Made by a program: the position numbers and the translations under genes. This document shows, one piece after another, positions 28,318 through 37,997 of a stretch of 54,294 nt of DNA. Below the pieces are notes generated by a model. That model was given only the letters and a program-made list of their open reading frames with translations. It ran no database searches and had not been told where the DNA came from. The first letter of the stretch is position 1, and each line of letters begins with the position of its first letter. Where the stretch lies: sequence record SRR2962707_1437; one strand, written 5' to 3'.

Positions 28318-28565
28318 TGAAAAGCCATATCGCATTTGGGCGTTCGGGCGTGGTTCTGGCGGTTCTTCTCGCTGGCTTCGCCGGAGCATGCACCAAGCCG
28401 CATGACCCCGGCATCGAGTCGCGGGCGAAGCAGGTGCTCGACGCCCAGTACGCGGCGAAAGAGGAGCCGAAACCCATGCAGGCGTCGGAAGCGGACAGTA
28501 TCTATGAGAACTACCTCAACAATATAGGCGAACCGCTCGAGAGCGACGGAGTAACAGGCGAATAG
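28317..28565 (+). CDS. Small lipoprotein, DUF3613-like
   Basis: TAATG coupling to tadD, lipobox AGA-C, PMQASEADSIYENYL motif. Confidence 0.65.
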   Translation: MKSHIAFGRSGVVLAVLLAGFAGACTKPHDPGIESRAKQVLDAQYAAKEEPKPMQASEADSIYENYLNNIGEPLESDGVTGE

Positions 28566-28809
28566 TATTCTTCAGACGGTCCGTGTGAGTTTTGTAAAAA
28601 AAACGTGGTTTCGACAATAGAGAGAGAAAGTAACCAGACTGAACATTATGAGTTTAATGTCCGTTAGGGCTTTGAGTTTAGTCTTTCTACTGAAAAAATT
28701 GCGTCGGGACGTCGCAATATGGTGAACTTGAGAAGTGTAGCAGAGTGAGATGTGGGGCTGGGGAGGCTCGATGTGTCAGCGCCGGCAACGGCTAAAGTTG
28801 GAGGGTTCG

Positions 28810-29037
28810 ATGTCTGGAACTGTGAAAAAGGCGTTCTTACGCCGGTTTGTGGAAGACGAGAGCGGTATCTCCGCTGTCGAATATGGATTGCTCGCTGCCG
28901 GCATCGCGGTTGGCCTGTGGGCGTTCATGGGTGACATCAGCACGTCGCTGGGCACGATCTTCGGCCAGGTCGATTCCGATCTGTCCGAGGCGGCTGCCGG
29001 TGCGGGCGGCGGTGGCGGCGGCGGTGGTGGCGGCTAA
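28810..29037 (+). CDS. flp: Flp type IVb pilin with poly-Gly tail
   Basis: F.EDESG/ISAVEYGLL Flp motif; ATG 28810 after GGAGG. Confidence 0.92.
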   Translation: MSGTVKKAFLRRFVEDESGISAVEYGLLAAGIAVGLWAFMGDISTSLGTIFGQVDSDLSEAAAGAGGGGGGGGGG

Positions 29038-29061
29038 GCCACCCAGTATCCCGGTGAATCC

Positions 29062-29550
29062 ATGATCGTGTGTTTGACCAAACAGCACCGTGCTTCGCGC
29101 GGCGTTCCCCCGGCAGGGGGAACGCCCGCGAGGCGTCGGTTTGCACGGGATGACCGTGGAACGGTGGCAATTGAGTTTGCCTTCGTGGCGGCGATCTTTC
29201 TCACCATTCTCTTCGGCATCATGTCCTACGGTTTCCAGTTCGCCACGCGCATTGCGCTGTCTTATGCCGTGACGGAAGGCGGGCGTGCGGCGGTTGCCGG
29301 TCTGGATGACGCCGAGCGGGAGGAGTATGCGACGGCCGCCATGGTTCGCGCGCTCGATGCATATTCGCCGCTGGTCGATCCGGCGCTGGCCCAGCTCACC
29401 TTCGCTCAAGGGGTGTCCTCTGCTGGCGATACGCTGGAAATCGGTATCGATTATTCCGATGCCCGTTTCTCCTTTCTGCCGTTCATTGCGGCCCCTGCGG
29501 AAACGATCCGTGTCGAGACGACCTTCGTCGTAGCCGATCCGTCCGGGTAG
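29062..29550 (+). CDS. tadE: TadE-like minor pilin
   Basis: DDRG/TVAIEFAFV, A..EGGRAA. Confidence 0.9.
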   Translation: MIVCLTKQHRASRGVPPAGGTPARRRFARDDRGTVAIEFAFVAAIFLTILFGIMSYGFQFATRIALSYAVTEGGRAAVAGLDDAEREEYATAAMVRALDAYSPLVDPALAQLTFAQGVSSAGDTLEIGIDYSDARFSFLPFIAAPAETIRVETTFVVADPSG

Positions 29551-29556
29551 GGCGAC

Positions 29557-31695
29557 ATGGCGATGCAAAGCAATCGCGAGCCCGATGGCTCCGGTGCCGG
29601 AGCCGCGGAGTTGCTTTCGTCATTTGCCGCGCATGCACTTTCGTTAGCTCTTGCCGAAACCGAGGAACAGGCGCATGCCGCGCTCGACGACGCCGCGCGC
29701 CGTCTTGCGGACATGGTGTCCGGCACGGTCGCGATATGCGAACTCGGCCTGTCGCCGAACGGACGTGTGCTCGTTATCTGGAAATCGGCAGCGGGCGATT
29801 TTCCGGTGGAGGAAGACAATGCCTTTGCCGATTGGTTCGCGCGCGCGTCTCGCGTCGGTGGCGAGCTCACAGGATCGAGCCGTGGAAAATGGCAGGGACT
29901 TCTCTCCGCCGATACGCTGGGCGCCCAGACGGGCATCCGCATCGCGGTTCTCCTGCAGCCCGGCACTGTAACATCCGAAACCGTTGCCCACGCTTATGGC
30001 ATAGCCGATGCCGCCGCCGCCGCGATGGTACGCATCCGCAAACAGAAAGCATCGAGCCTCGAACGCCGCCGCTTCGATGCGATATACGAGGCAACGAGAG
30101 CCTGGCTTGAGTTGGGCGCGGACATCGTCTGGGAAGCGACGGCCGAAGGCGTGCTTCGTTGCCGCCGGATCATGAACCGGCGTAGCGACGCGGGCCGCGC
30201 GCTTGACGGCATGGATATCAAATCATTGCGGATTGGCGAAGGTGACCGGAGCTTGTTCGACTATCTGGAACAGCAGGGCAGCGTGCGCCACATGCGGGCC
30301 TATCCGCCGGACGATGTCGCCAGGCAGTTGCCGGCCAGCGAAGCGATCTATGTTTCCGCCATGTTGCGAAAGTCCCCAACCGCGGACGAAGCACCTTACG
30401 TCGGCACATTCACCATGGCCGGCGAAGGCGGGTCTGCGCATCACGCGCGCGAAACGGCGGCGATGATGGTGCAGATGCGCGGCGCCCGATTGCGCGAAGA
30501 GCAGCGACGCCGCGAAGCGGAAGCCATGCTGCAGGGTCTGCGTCTGTTGCTGGGGCAGGATTCCTCGAGGGACAAGATGGCGAAGCTCGTCTCCCTCATT
30601 CTGGAATGCATCGGCGGCAGCGAAGCGCGTGTTGCGCAGCGCGGGCTCGACGGGAAGCCTCGCCTCATGGTGCCGGAACAGCGGGCGCTCGGTCCCGATG
30701 CCGACGCCGCGCTCGATCTCGTCGCCGGAAATGCACCGGGCGGTCTCGCAAGCATCTACGACACGAATGCGGATGAAGGGCGAAGCATAGCGCGCGCCTT
30801 CGGGCTCGACGGATGCCAGATCGCGATCCTGTCCTTGCCGCTGCGCGGGGATACCGCTTTTCTCATCTGCACCACGCGCAGGTCCGAAGGATTCGCCGCC
30901 GCCGATATCGACTTCGCCGACCGCTTCACCCTTCTGTTGCGCCAGGCACTTTTCCTCAGGGAAGAGCAGTCGCAGATCGCGCAGACGGCGAAGATGGCCG
31001 CGCTCGGGCAAATGTCCGCAAGCATCGCGCACGAGCTTCGTCAGCCTCTCAACACGATCTCGCTTGCCGTACAAAATCTCGAATACCTCCTCGAAGCACC
31101 GGAGGTCGACAGCGCGGCGGTTGCGGCAAAGATCGGCCGCGTGCTGGCGCAGGTCGAACGCGCCAGCGATGTGATCGATCGCATGCGCCGGTTCGGCCGG
31201 AAAAGCGTTGGCGAGCATGCCTCTCTTCCGCTTCGCGGCACCGTCGAGGGCGTCGAGGCCATCATGCATCACGTGCTGCTGCGCGCCGGTGTCCGCCTCG
31301 AAGTGGATATCCCGGCGGACGTCACGGCCTATGCCGACCAGCTCCAGCTCGAACAAGTCGTCAGCAACCTCATGCAGAACGCCGTCGACGCCATATCCGG
31401 CATCGGCACCAAAAGCGAACGCGGCGAGGGCTTGATCCGCATTCTCGCCGCGCCGTCGAAAGATGAGGAGGGGATGGTCGTGCTCCGCATAGAAGATAGC
31501 GGCCCGGGCTTCCGTCCGGAAATCCTTGACCGCGTGCTGGAGCCATTCTTCACGACCAAGTCGGCCGATCACGGCACCGGCCTCGGCCTCGCGATCTGCG
31601 ACACGATCATTCGCGAAAGCGGTGGCCGGCTGGAGTTGGGCAATCACGACGGCGGCGGCTATGTCGCCATCGTGCTGCCGCGTGAAGCCCTCTGA
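29557..31695 (+). CDS. Cytoplasmic sensor histidine kinase (PAS/GAF-like inputs)
   Basis: AHELRQPLN H-box, NL.QNA.DA, DSGPG, PFFTTK, GTGLGL; no obvious TM. Confidence 0.9.
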   Translation: MAMQSNREPDGSGAGAAELLSSFAAHALSLALAETEEQAHAALDDAARRLADMVSGTVAICELGLSPNGRVLVIWKSAAGDFPVEEDNAFADWFARASRVGGELTGSSRGKWQGLLSADTLGAQTGIRIAVLLQPGTVTSETVAHAYGIADAAAAAMVRIRKQKASSLERRRFDAIYEATRAWLELGADIVWEATAEGVLRCRRIMNRRSDAGRALDGMDIKSLRIGEGDRSLFDYLEQQGSVRHMRAYPPDDVARQLPASEAIYVSAMLRKSPTADEAPYVGTFTMAGEGGSAHHARETAAMMVQMRGARLREEQRRREAEAMLQGLRLLLGQDSSRDKMAKLVSLILECIGGSEARVAQRGLDGKPRLMVPEQRALGPDADAALDLVAGNAPGGLASIYDTNADEGRSIARAFGLDGCQIAILSLPLRGDTAFLICTTRRSEGFAAADIDFADRFTLLLRQALFLREEQSQIAQTAKMAALGQMSASIAHELRQPLNTISLAVQNLEYLLEAPEVDSAAVAAKIGRVLAQVERASDVIDRMRRFGRKSVGEHASLPLRGTVEGVEAIMHHVLLRAGVRLEVDIPADVTAYADQLQLEQVVSNLMQNAVDAISGIGTKSERGEGLIRILAAPSKDEEGMVVLRIEDSGPGFRPEILDRVLEPFFTTKSADHGTGLGLAICDTIIRESGGRLELGNHDGGGYVAIVLPREAL

Positions 31696-31701
31696 CCGTG
31701 T

Positions 31702-32478
31702 TCAGTCGCCGCTCGGAAACCCTGTGAACAGATAGCCCTTGCCGCGAATGGTCTTGATGACCATCGGGTGATCGGGATTGGGTTCGAGTTTCCGCCGAAG
31801 CTTCACCACGATGCTGTCGAGACTGCGGTCATAAGGCTGCCACTGCCGATTGAAGACGCGACGGCAGAGCTCCTCGCGGGTCTGCGGATCGCCTTCATGG
31901 GCGACAAGCTCGATGAGCAAGTCGCATTCGGCCGTCGTCAGCGGCACAAGCGCGCCGTCGGGTGTCGAAAGGCGCCGCCTGTGAGGATCGAACTTCCAGC
32001 GCGCGACGGCTTCGGCCTCTTCTTCCGCCGCGGAGTTGCCCCTGCGGCCGTTCGAACCGCCGGAACCGCCGCTGCGCCGCAAAAGTGCCCTGATGCGCGC
32101 AAGAAGCTCACGCAGATTGACCGGCTTCACCACGTAATCGTCGGCGCCAAGTTCAAGCCCGACGACTTTGTCGGTAGGCTCGCCTTGTCCCGTGACCATG
32201 ATGCAGGGCGTCGTGTGCGTTTGCCTGATCTCGCGCAAGACATCGAAGCCGTTGTCCGCGCCGAGCAACAGGTCGAGCACAATGAGGTCGAATTTGTTTT
32301 CGGAAAAAGTCCTCAACGCGGTCTCGGCGTCGCACGCTTCCATGACGGTCATGCCGTTCGCGCTCAGATAGGACTTCAGTTCCTCCCGGATTTCCGGATC
32401 GTCGTCCACAAGCAGCAACGAAGCGGCGTGTGTGCTGGATGCGTTAGCGGATCCATTGTGTTCCGCAGTGATCGCCAT
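31702..32478 (-). CDS. OmpR/PhoB-family response regulator
   Basis: LVDDD, LDL, GLELGADDYVVKP, winged helix DRSLD....KLRRKLE...IKTIRGKGY. Confidence 0.93.
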   Translation of the reverse strand: MAITAEHNGSANASSTHAASLLLVDDDPEIREELKSYLSANGMTVMEACDAETALRTFSENKFDLIVLDLLLGADNGFDVLREIRQTHTTPCIMVTGQGEPTDKVVGLELGADDYVVKPVNLRELLARIRALLRRSGGSGGSNGRRGNSAAEEEAEAVARWKFDPHRRRLSTPDGALVPLTTAECDLLIELVAHEGDPQTREELCRRVFNRQWQPYDRSLDSIVVKLRRKLEPNPDHPMVIKTIRGKGYLFTGFPSGD

Positions 32479-32850
32479 CGTTTCTCCCTCCCACCGGATC
32501 AAGCAATAACTCCGCCAAATTCAAGGTTAGAGCATCCTCACACTCAGTTCTTGAACAAGGCCAAGTTTAGACCCTTGGCGTTTAAGAATCCTATACCAAA
32601 ATCCGCCGCGCCCTCGCGCGGCGTAGACTGATTCGAATGCTCTTTTACTCTCATGATCAGTCACACAAATCCGCGCGATTTCTTTGAAATGCGTATCGTC
32701 GCTCCGGTTTTTATTCGGGTTTGCCGCCACGGCTCGCATTTCACCAATCCGTACAGTTTTCTACACCTTGCCGCCCGTTTTTCCCGGCAAGGTCGAGCAT
32801 GTGTTGTGTAAAGCAGCGGACTTGAGCAGCGTCATATTGAGGACCGGGCC

Positions 32851-33024
32851 ATGAATTACGAATGTGAACTTAAGGATAGCGGCCAGAACCCGATGGACGA
32901 CCGTACGACGGATCTGTCGGGGGCTGTCGAAAGTTTGAGCGACGACGAACTCAGGGATCTGCTGGTTGCGCTCCTCTCCGAGTGGCGCAAGCGCTGCGAT
33001 CTGAACGAGCCGCTTCGCAACTAG
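32851..33024 (+). CDS. Hypothetical 57-aa protein, missing from ORF track
   Basis: GAGGA RBS; MNYECELKDSGQNPMDDRTTDLSGAVESLSDDELRDLLVALLSEWRKRCDLNEPLRN. Confidence 0.5.
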   Translation: MNYECELKDSGQNPMDDRTTDLSGAVESLSDDELRDLLVALLSEWRKRCDLNEPLRN

Positions 33025-33049
33025 CTTGCTTCATTGATCGGGGCCGCGG

Positions 33050-33460
33050 CTATTCCGCGGACCCCGTGTCGCACGAGTATCCCCACGCCAGGCTCGTCGC
33101 CAGGTCGAGATTGGCGGGCAGGTCGCGGATCTGAGGACGCTTTTCCAGAAGAGCCAGGAAAAGCATGCGGACATTTTCCGCGCTCACGCCCTCTTCGGGC
33201 AGGCAGAAGTCGAGCTTGCTCATGTTACGGCGAGACACCGAGTAGTGCCCGAGAAATCCCTGAATATAAGCACCGCAGACACCGAGCCTCTGCCGTTCTT
33301 CGTCGGTAAGCGTTTTGGCGTCCTTGGGATTGCTGCACACCGCAGCGAGGTCGGCGCCGGTCTGCAGCGAATAGCTCGGCGCCGCGCTAGCCGGTGCAGC
33401 AACGGCGATTGCCGTCGCCAGTGCGCTCGCCGTGGCGATAAGCCGGATTGTCTTTCCCAT
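33050..33460 (-). CDS. Rap1a/Tai family periplasmic protein
   Basis: Signal peptide; TGADL...C, C.AYIQG, FCLP, L...P....PA......L...Y.C. Confidence 0.75.
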   Translation of the reverse strand: MGKTIRLIATASALATAIAVAAPASAAPSYSLQTGADLAAVCSNPKDAKTLTDEERQRLGVCGAYIQGFLGHYSVSRRNMSKLDFCLPEEGVSAENVRMLFLALLEKRPQIRDLPANLDLATSLAWGYSCDTGSAE

Positions 33461-33610
33461 CCTGGTTCTCCCGTCTTTGGCTGCGTCCTGGACGTTCGCG
33501 GCCGTTACCGTTTCGGGAAGAAATCTATCAAGCTGAGTCAAACAACTTGATTCGATGTTGTCGTGTTTTGTCGATGACTGTCATCGCCATCAGGCAGAAC
33601 GGATGGATCG

Positions 33611-35023
33611 TCAAAGGGTTCCCACCGCCGTTACCGTCGCTTCGAGAGGCACATTGGGGCGCAGCACGATGCGCGCCTGCGGCATCACCTTGCCTGCATT
33701 GACGACGTTGATATGTGCGCGCTGGGCGTAGGTGCCGAGGATCAGAACGGCTTCCAGTATTGCGAACCCCGCCCCGATGCAGATGCGCGGACCGCCGCCA
33801 AACGGCATGTAGACATGGCGCGGCCGCGCAGCCGCTTCTTCGCCGATGAAACGCATCGGATCGAAACAGTGGGGGTTGCGCCAGTGCCGCTTGTGACGGT
33901 GCAGAAGCCACGGTGAGATAAGAACCGCTTCGTCTTTCTGCACTATCAGGTCCGGCAGCAGCTCTGTCGTTTTGTCCGCCCGCCTCATGAGGTTGGCAAC
34001 GACGGGATAGAGCCTCAACGCTTCGTCGATCACCGCGCGGGTGAGAACGAGCGACGGAACGTCTTCGGCGGTCAGCGCCCGCCCGCCCGTCACCTGAAGC
34101 ACTTCCTCGCGAATGCGCTCCTGCCATTCGGGGTGAAGCGTCAGCAAATACCAGACCCACGTCATCGTCGTCGCAGTCGTCTCGTGACCGGCCAGCAGGA
34201 AGGTCGCCACTTCGTCGCGTATCTGGTCGATCGTCATGTCGTGCCCGCCCTCGCTTCGGGACGCGGCCATCAGACGATGGAGAAGGGTCGTGTCGGCATC
34301 TTCCGCTTTTGCTTCCTCGATGATCTTGCGGGCGAAGTTGTCGAGCTGGCGCCGCCCGGGATTGACGATCGCTTCGATGAAGCGGTCGCGCAAGCTGCCC
34401 GGAAGGAACGCCGATGCCAGAAACATCGCCGGAAACTTGTTGAGTGTTTCCGTCACCGTGTCTGAAATGCTCTCGACACTGTCGTCGAGATCGGCGCTGA
34501 GCACGGCCTCGCCGATAATCTCGAGCGTGAGCTTCGTCATCTCTTGGTCGATCCGGTAGATGCCTTGGTGCCGGAGAGCGCGCTGTGCGGAGCGTTCGGC
34601 GGCACGAACGAAGAGCGGCGCGAAATCCTTGATGCTCGAATGCTGGAAGACCGGTGCGGCGAGCTTCCTGTTTCGCCGCCACTCCGCACCTGAAGCCGTC
34701 AGAAGTCCGTTACCCAGCAACGGTTTCAAGATCGCAAGCTGATTATCTTCCTTCGGGAAATGCTCCGCTTCCGTCACCAGAACGCGGCGGATCGCTTCCG
34801 GCTCGTTAATCAGCACGCCTCGCCCGGATTGCGAGAGCCCGACGCGGAAATTGCAGTAGCGCACCTTGTACCAATAGTCCGGGTACAATGCGATGAGGTT
34901 GGCGAGTAGGTGCGGCTTGATAAGCGCCGTCGTAATGCCGGGTGCTTCCTTCGGAGGGACAGGCCGCGCAGGCAGGACATTGTTCGCATCGTCCTCGAAT
35001 GTCGTTTCCGCAACCGCTGCCAT
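33611..35023 (-). CDS. Cytochrome P450
   Basis: AGHETT, EALRLYP, FDP.RF, FGGGPRICIG heme motif. Confidence 0.96.
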   Translation of the reverse strand: MAAVAETTFEDDANNVLPARPVPPKEAPGITTALIKPHLLANLIALYPDYWYKVRYCNFRVGLSQSGRGVLINEPEAIRRVLVTEAEHFPKEDNQLAILKPLLGNGLLTASGAEWRRNRKLAAPVFQHSSIKDFAPLFVRAAERSAQRALRHQGIYRIDQEMTKLTLEIIGEAVLSADLDDSVESISDTVTETLNKFPAMFLASAFLPGSLRDRFIEAIVNPGRRQLDNFARKIIEEAKAEDADTTLLHRLMAASRSEGGHDMTIDQIRDEVATFLLAGHETTATTMTWVWYLLTLHPEWQERIREEVLQVTGGRALTAEDVPSLVLTRAVIDEALRLYPVVANLMRRADKTTELLPDLIVQKDEAVLISPWLLHRHKRHWRNPHCFDPMRFIGEEAAARPRHVYMPFGGGPRICIGAGFAILEAVLILGTYAQRAHINVVNAGKVMPQARIVLRPNVPLEATVTAVGTL

Positions 35024-35049
35024 TTGCCGTTCCTCCTTTGATGCGAGCG

Positions 35050-35898
35050 TCAGATCGGTTTCACTTCCGCACCGCCGAACTCGCTCATCACCGACGACAC
35101 GAGTTCACAATTATCGTGATCCCAGGGATGAAAATCCTTCTTGTAGAAGTCGAGATAGGGACGCATTAGTCCGCGCAGCGCGCCCTTCTCGCCGAAGAGA
35201 AACTTGAAGCCGCCGCGCCAGAGTTCGAAGCGCGAGCCTTCGTAGTCGCGCAGCAGCAAACGCATGTTGCGGATCACATGCTGCGTGAACTCGAACGTGA
35301 CGAGCACCATGGAAAGGCGGCGGCGCCATGTCTTGCCGCCCACGGCGACAAAGACGTCGAACGCGACGGCCTTGTGTTCGGTTTCTTCCAGCGCATGCCA
35401 GCGCCAGAGCGCCGCCATCTCGGGATGAGCACCCTCAAGCCCTTGCGGGTTGCGGAAGGTCGCGTCGGCGAGAATGGCGGTTAGATGTTCGAAGGCGACC
35501 GTTCCGCTCAACTGCTGCTTCGGCGTGAGCCACTTGCGCGCCATCTTCTGCCGGAAGTTGACCGCCCGTTCCATTTTCTCGAGCGATACGCCGCGCGCCG
35601 TGCACAGCGCCTCGTTGTAGCGCTGGTGTTCGCGCCGGTGCACCGCTTCCTGCGCCATGAAGCCGCGCACGCGCCGCTCCAGCTCCGGGTCGTCGAACTT
35701 TCCGCGAAACGCTTTCACGCTGTCGATGAAGAATTGCTCTCCAAGCGGAAACAGGATCGACATGGCGTCGAAGAACGCGGTCTTGAAGGCATCGCCCCCA
35801 TGCCAGTTCGTCGCCAGCGTCTCGTCGATGTTGAACTGACGGTTCCGCGGCACAATTTCGACATTTTGCGGCGTGCGGGAAAGGCTTTGGCTGTGCAT
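35050..35898 (-). CDS. Predicted metal-dependent hydrolase (ferritin-like)
   Basis: FPLGEQFFIDSV, QEAVHRREH, EHLTA, WHALEETEHKAVAFD. Confidence 0.9.
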   Translation of the reverse strand: MHSQSLSRTPQNVEIVPRNRQFNIDETLATNWHGGDAFKTAFFDAMSILFPLGEQFFIDSVKAFRGKFDDPELERRVRGFMAQEAVHRREHQRYNEALCTARGVSLEKMERAVNFRQKMARKWLTPKQQLSGTVAFEHLTAILADATFRNPQGLEGAHPEMAALWRWHALEETEHKAVAFDVFVAVGGKTWRRRLSMVLVTFEFTQHVIRNMRLLLRDYEGSRFELWRGGFKFLFGEKGALRGLMRPYLDFYKKDFHPWDHDNCELVSSVMSEFGGAEVKPI

Positions 35899-36016
35899 CT
35901 TGGCCTCCTTGGTTCGGCTTGGCGCTCGTCGGCGCCTTCTGAGTGCCTACATAAGCATTTGACGCCGGGGCAGGAGGTCATCTCCGGCCAAGCTGGGGGT
36001 CATAAACGGACACGCG

Positions 36017-37024
36017 ATGCGCATTGAACCGGGTTATGTTGAAATCGTCGCCGCTGTGCTGAAGGAATCGGGGCAGGACGCGGAGAATTTTCCGCTGCCG
36101 CGAACCGGTCCCGTGTCCGAAGACGAATTTCGCGGGATGTCCGAGAACCTCGTGCGCCTCACCGGCGATCCTGCAATCGCCTTGCGGCTCGGCGCAAATA
36201 TGCATCTCGGCACGCATGGTCTTCTCGGTCACGCCATTCTGAGCAGCCGCAGCCTGCGTCAGGCCGCCGGTCTCATGATCCAGTACAGCCCCCTTCAGGG
36301 CGCGCAGGGTCATATCCAGCTTGCCTTCACCAGCGATCACGCTGTTCTCACCTTCGAGCCGCCGTTTGAAGTCGGCGGAGCACCGCATTTCCTTGTCGAG
36401 CTGTTCTTCGCAAGCGTTCTCGCCGCACTTCGCCAGCTCATTGGTCCGTTGCCGGATGAATGCCGCCTTGAGCTGGCTTACGCGCCCGTCATGCCCGATG
36501 AGGTCTATCGCCGCCATCTCGGCGTGAACGTGTCGTTCGGCCACGAGGTCAACCGCTTCGTCGGCCCGAACGATCGTATAGATCAGCCGCTTTCGGCAGC
36601 GGGCATCCCCGTCGCCGAAATGTATCGCAGGCAATGCGAGAAGTTGTTGCGCGACATGGATGCGGCCGACGGCGTAGCGGGCGAAGTCCGGCGCATGGTG
36701 CTCGGCGCACGCGGAAAGTTCCCCGGTATCGAAGAGGCTGCCCGGCGGTTGAACGTCAGCGAACGTACGTTGCGTCGGCGTCTGTCGGATGAGGGCGTTT
36801 CGTATCGGGGTATTGTCGACGACGTGCGCAGCTATCTCGCGCGTGAATATCTGCGTGAAACACCGCTTTGCGTTGCCGATGTTGCGTCGTTGCTCGGCTT
36901 CGACGATGTCGCAAACTTCCGCCGTGCCTTCAGAAAATGGAATGGTTGTGCGCCGCAGTATTTTCGTGCGCGCGTCGCGAGCCAAAATGGCACGGGCACT
37001 CCGTCGACTGACCAAGTCGAATGA
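36017..37024 (+). CDS. AraC family transcriptional regulator
   Basis: HGLLG.A N-domain, SERTLRRRL..EG, LLGF.D..NF.RAFRKW.G..P. Confidence 0.93.
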   Translation: MRIEPGYVEIVAAVLKESGQDAENFPLPRTGPVSEDEFRGMSENLVRLTGDPAIALRLGANMHLGTHGLLGHAILSSRSLRQAAGLMIQYSPLQGAQGHIQLAFTSDHAVLTFEPPFEVGGAPHFLVELFFASVLAALRQLIGPLPDECRLELAYAPVMPDEVYRRHLGVNVSFGHEVNRFVGPNDRIDQPLSAAGIPVAEMYRRQCEKLLRDMDAADGVAGEVRRMVLGARGKFPGIEEAARRLNVSERTLRRRLSDEGVSYRGIVDDVRSYLAREYLRETPLCVADVASLLGFDDVANFRRAFRKWNGCAPQYFRARVASQNGTGTPSTDQVE

Positions 37025-37127
37025 GGTGAACAAACGCACACGCAATCGCACATGCTTCCACACCATAAAACGCTCGTGTGACTTAGGCTCCCTGGCAGTT
37101 CAACGATGCGAGGGAAGGATAAGGCTG

Positions 37128-37973
37128 ATGTCCATGAATGTAACCAAGACGGCACTGGCGATGGGAGCAATGCTTCTCGCCACTGCGTGCGGTTCCAGCG
37201 ATTCTACATTTGGCGGTGGTAGCGGCGGCGGAGGTGGCGGCGGTGCGCCGGCTTCGGTCACGGCTCTCGGCGCGACCGGCGAAGGCGGTGTAACCGATAC
37301 GCTCGGGCTCTCCGCTCTCACCGACCCGCTTCTCGGCACCGAAGGCGTGCTCGGCGGCGGCGACGAAGGCTTGATCGGCGGTCAGATACCCGACGAACTG
37401 GCAGACGGCGTCGCGCCTGTGGCAGACGGCCTTGCGCCGGTTGTGACGGCTTTTGACAATGTGCCGCTCGGCATGGTCACGGATCAGGTTCCCTCGCTTG
37501 GCGTTTCTGGCGAAGGCGGCCTCGGCGAGGATCTTCTGGGTCAGGATCTGACCGGCATGCTGCTCGGCGAAACCGGTACCGTTCCGGGAATTCTCGCGGG
37601 TGGCAATGACGGCCCGCTCGGCAGCGCCATCCCCGAAGGCGCGATTCCCGGTCTGCCCGGCGGCGATGGTGGCGACCCGCTCGCGCCGTTGACGGATCTC
37701 GTTGCCGGTCTCACTGGTGGCGAACTGCCCGGTCTTCCCGGCGGTGACGGCGGCGATCCGCTCGCCCCGGTCACGGACCTGGTCGGCGGCCTCGCGGGCG
37801 GTGAGTTGCCGGGCCTCCCGGGTGGCGATGGCGGTGATCTGCTTGCCCCCGTCACGGACCTCGTCGGCGGTCTCGCCGGTGGTGGTGGCGGTGCTGACCC
37901 GCTCGCTCCGGTTACCGATCTCGTCGGCGGCCTTGCAGGTGGCGGACTTCCTGCCCTTCCCGGCACCGAATAA
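37128..37973 (+). CDS. Gly/Leu-rich repeat lipoprotein (paralog 2)
   Basis: Lipobox ATA-C, poly-Gly linker, two LGxxGEGG repeats, C-terminal tandem repeats; start reassigned. Confidence 0.8.
   Translation: MSMNVTKTALAMGAMLLATACGSSDSTFGGGSGGGGGGGAPASVTALGATGEGGVTDTLGLSALTDPLLGTEGVLGGGDEGLIGGQIPDELADGVAPVADGLAPVVTAFDNVPLGMVTDQVPSLGVSGEGGLGEDLLGQDLTGMLLGETGTVPGILAGGNDGPLGSAIPEGAIPGLPGGDGGDPLAPLTDLVAGLTGGELPGLPGGDGGDPLAPVTDLVGGLAGGELPGLPGGDGGDLLAPVTDLVGGLAGGGGGADPLAPVTDLVGGLAGGGLPALPGTE
37650..37952 (+). repeat. Intragenic 81-bp (27-aa) tandem repeat, about 3.7 copies
   Basis: Units start at 37650, 37731, 37812 (GLPGGDGGDPLAPVTDLVGGLAGGELP consensus), then a partial copy. Confidence 0.9.
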
Positions 37974-37997
37974 CGGTCCTGCGGCCGCGTAAACTCA

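Noticed and set aside
36789-37127. N-terminal extensions of ORF-track calls (also 39053, 27184 and 4460)
   Set aside because: They overlap neighbouring genes or promoters; downstream starts have an RBS or translational coupling and give signal peptides or family-typical N-termini.
37650-37952. Regular repeats as a possible CRISPR array
   Set aside because: In-frame coding tandem repeats without unique spacers; no cas genes in the window.
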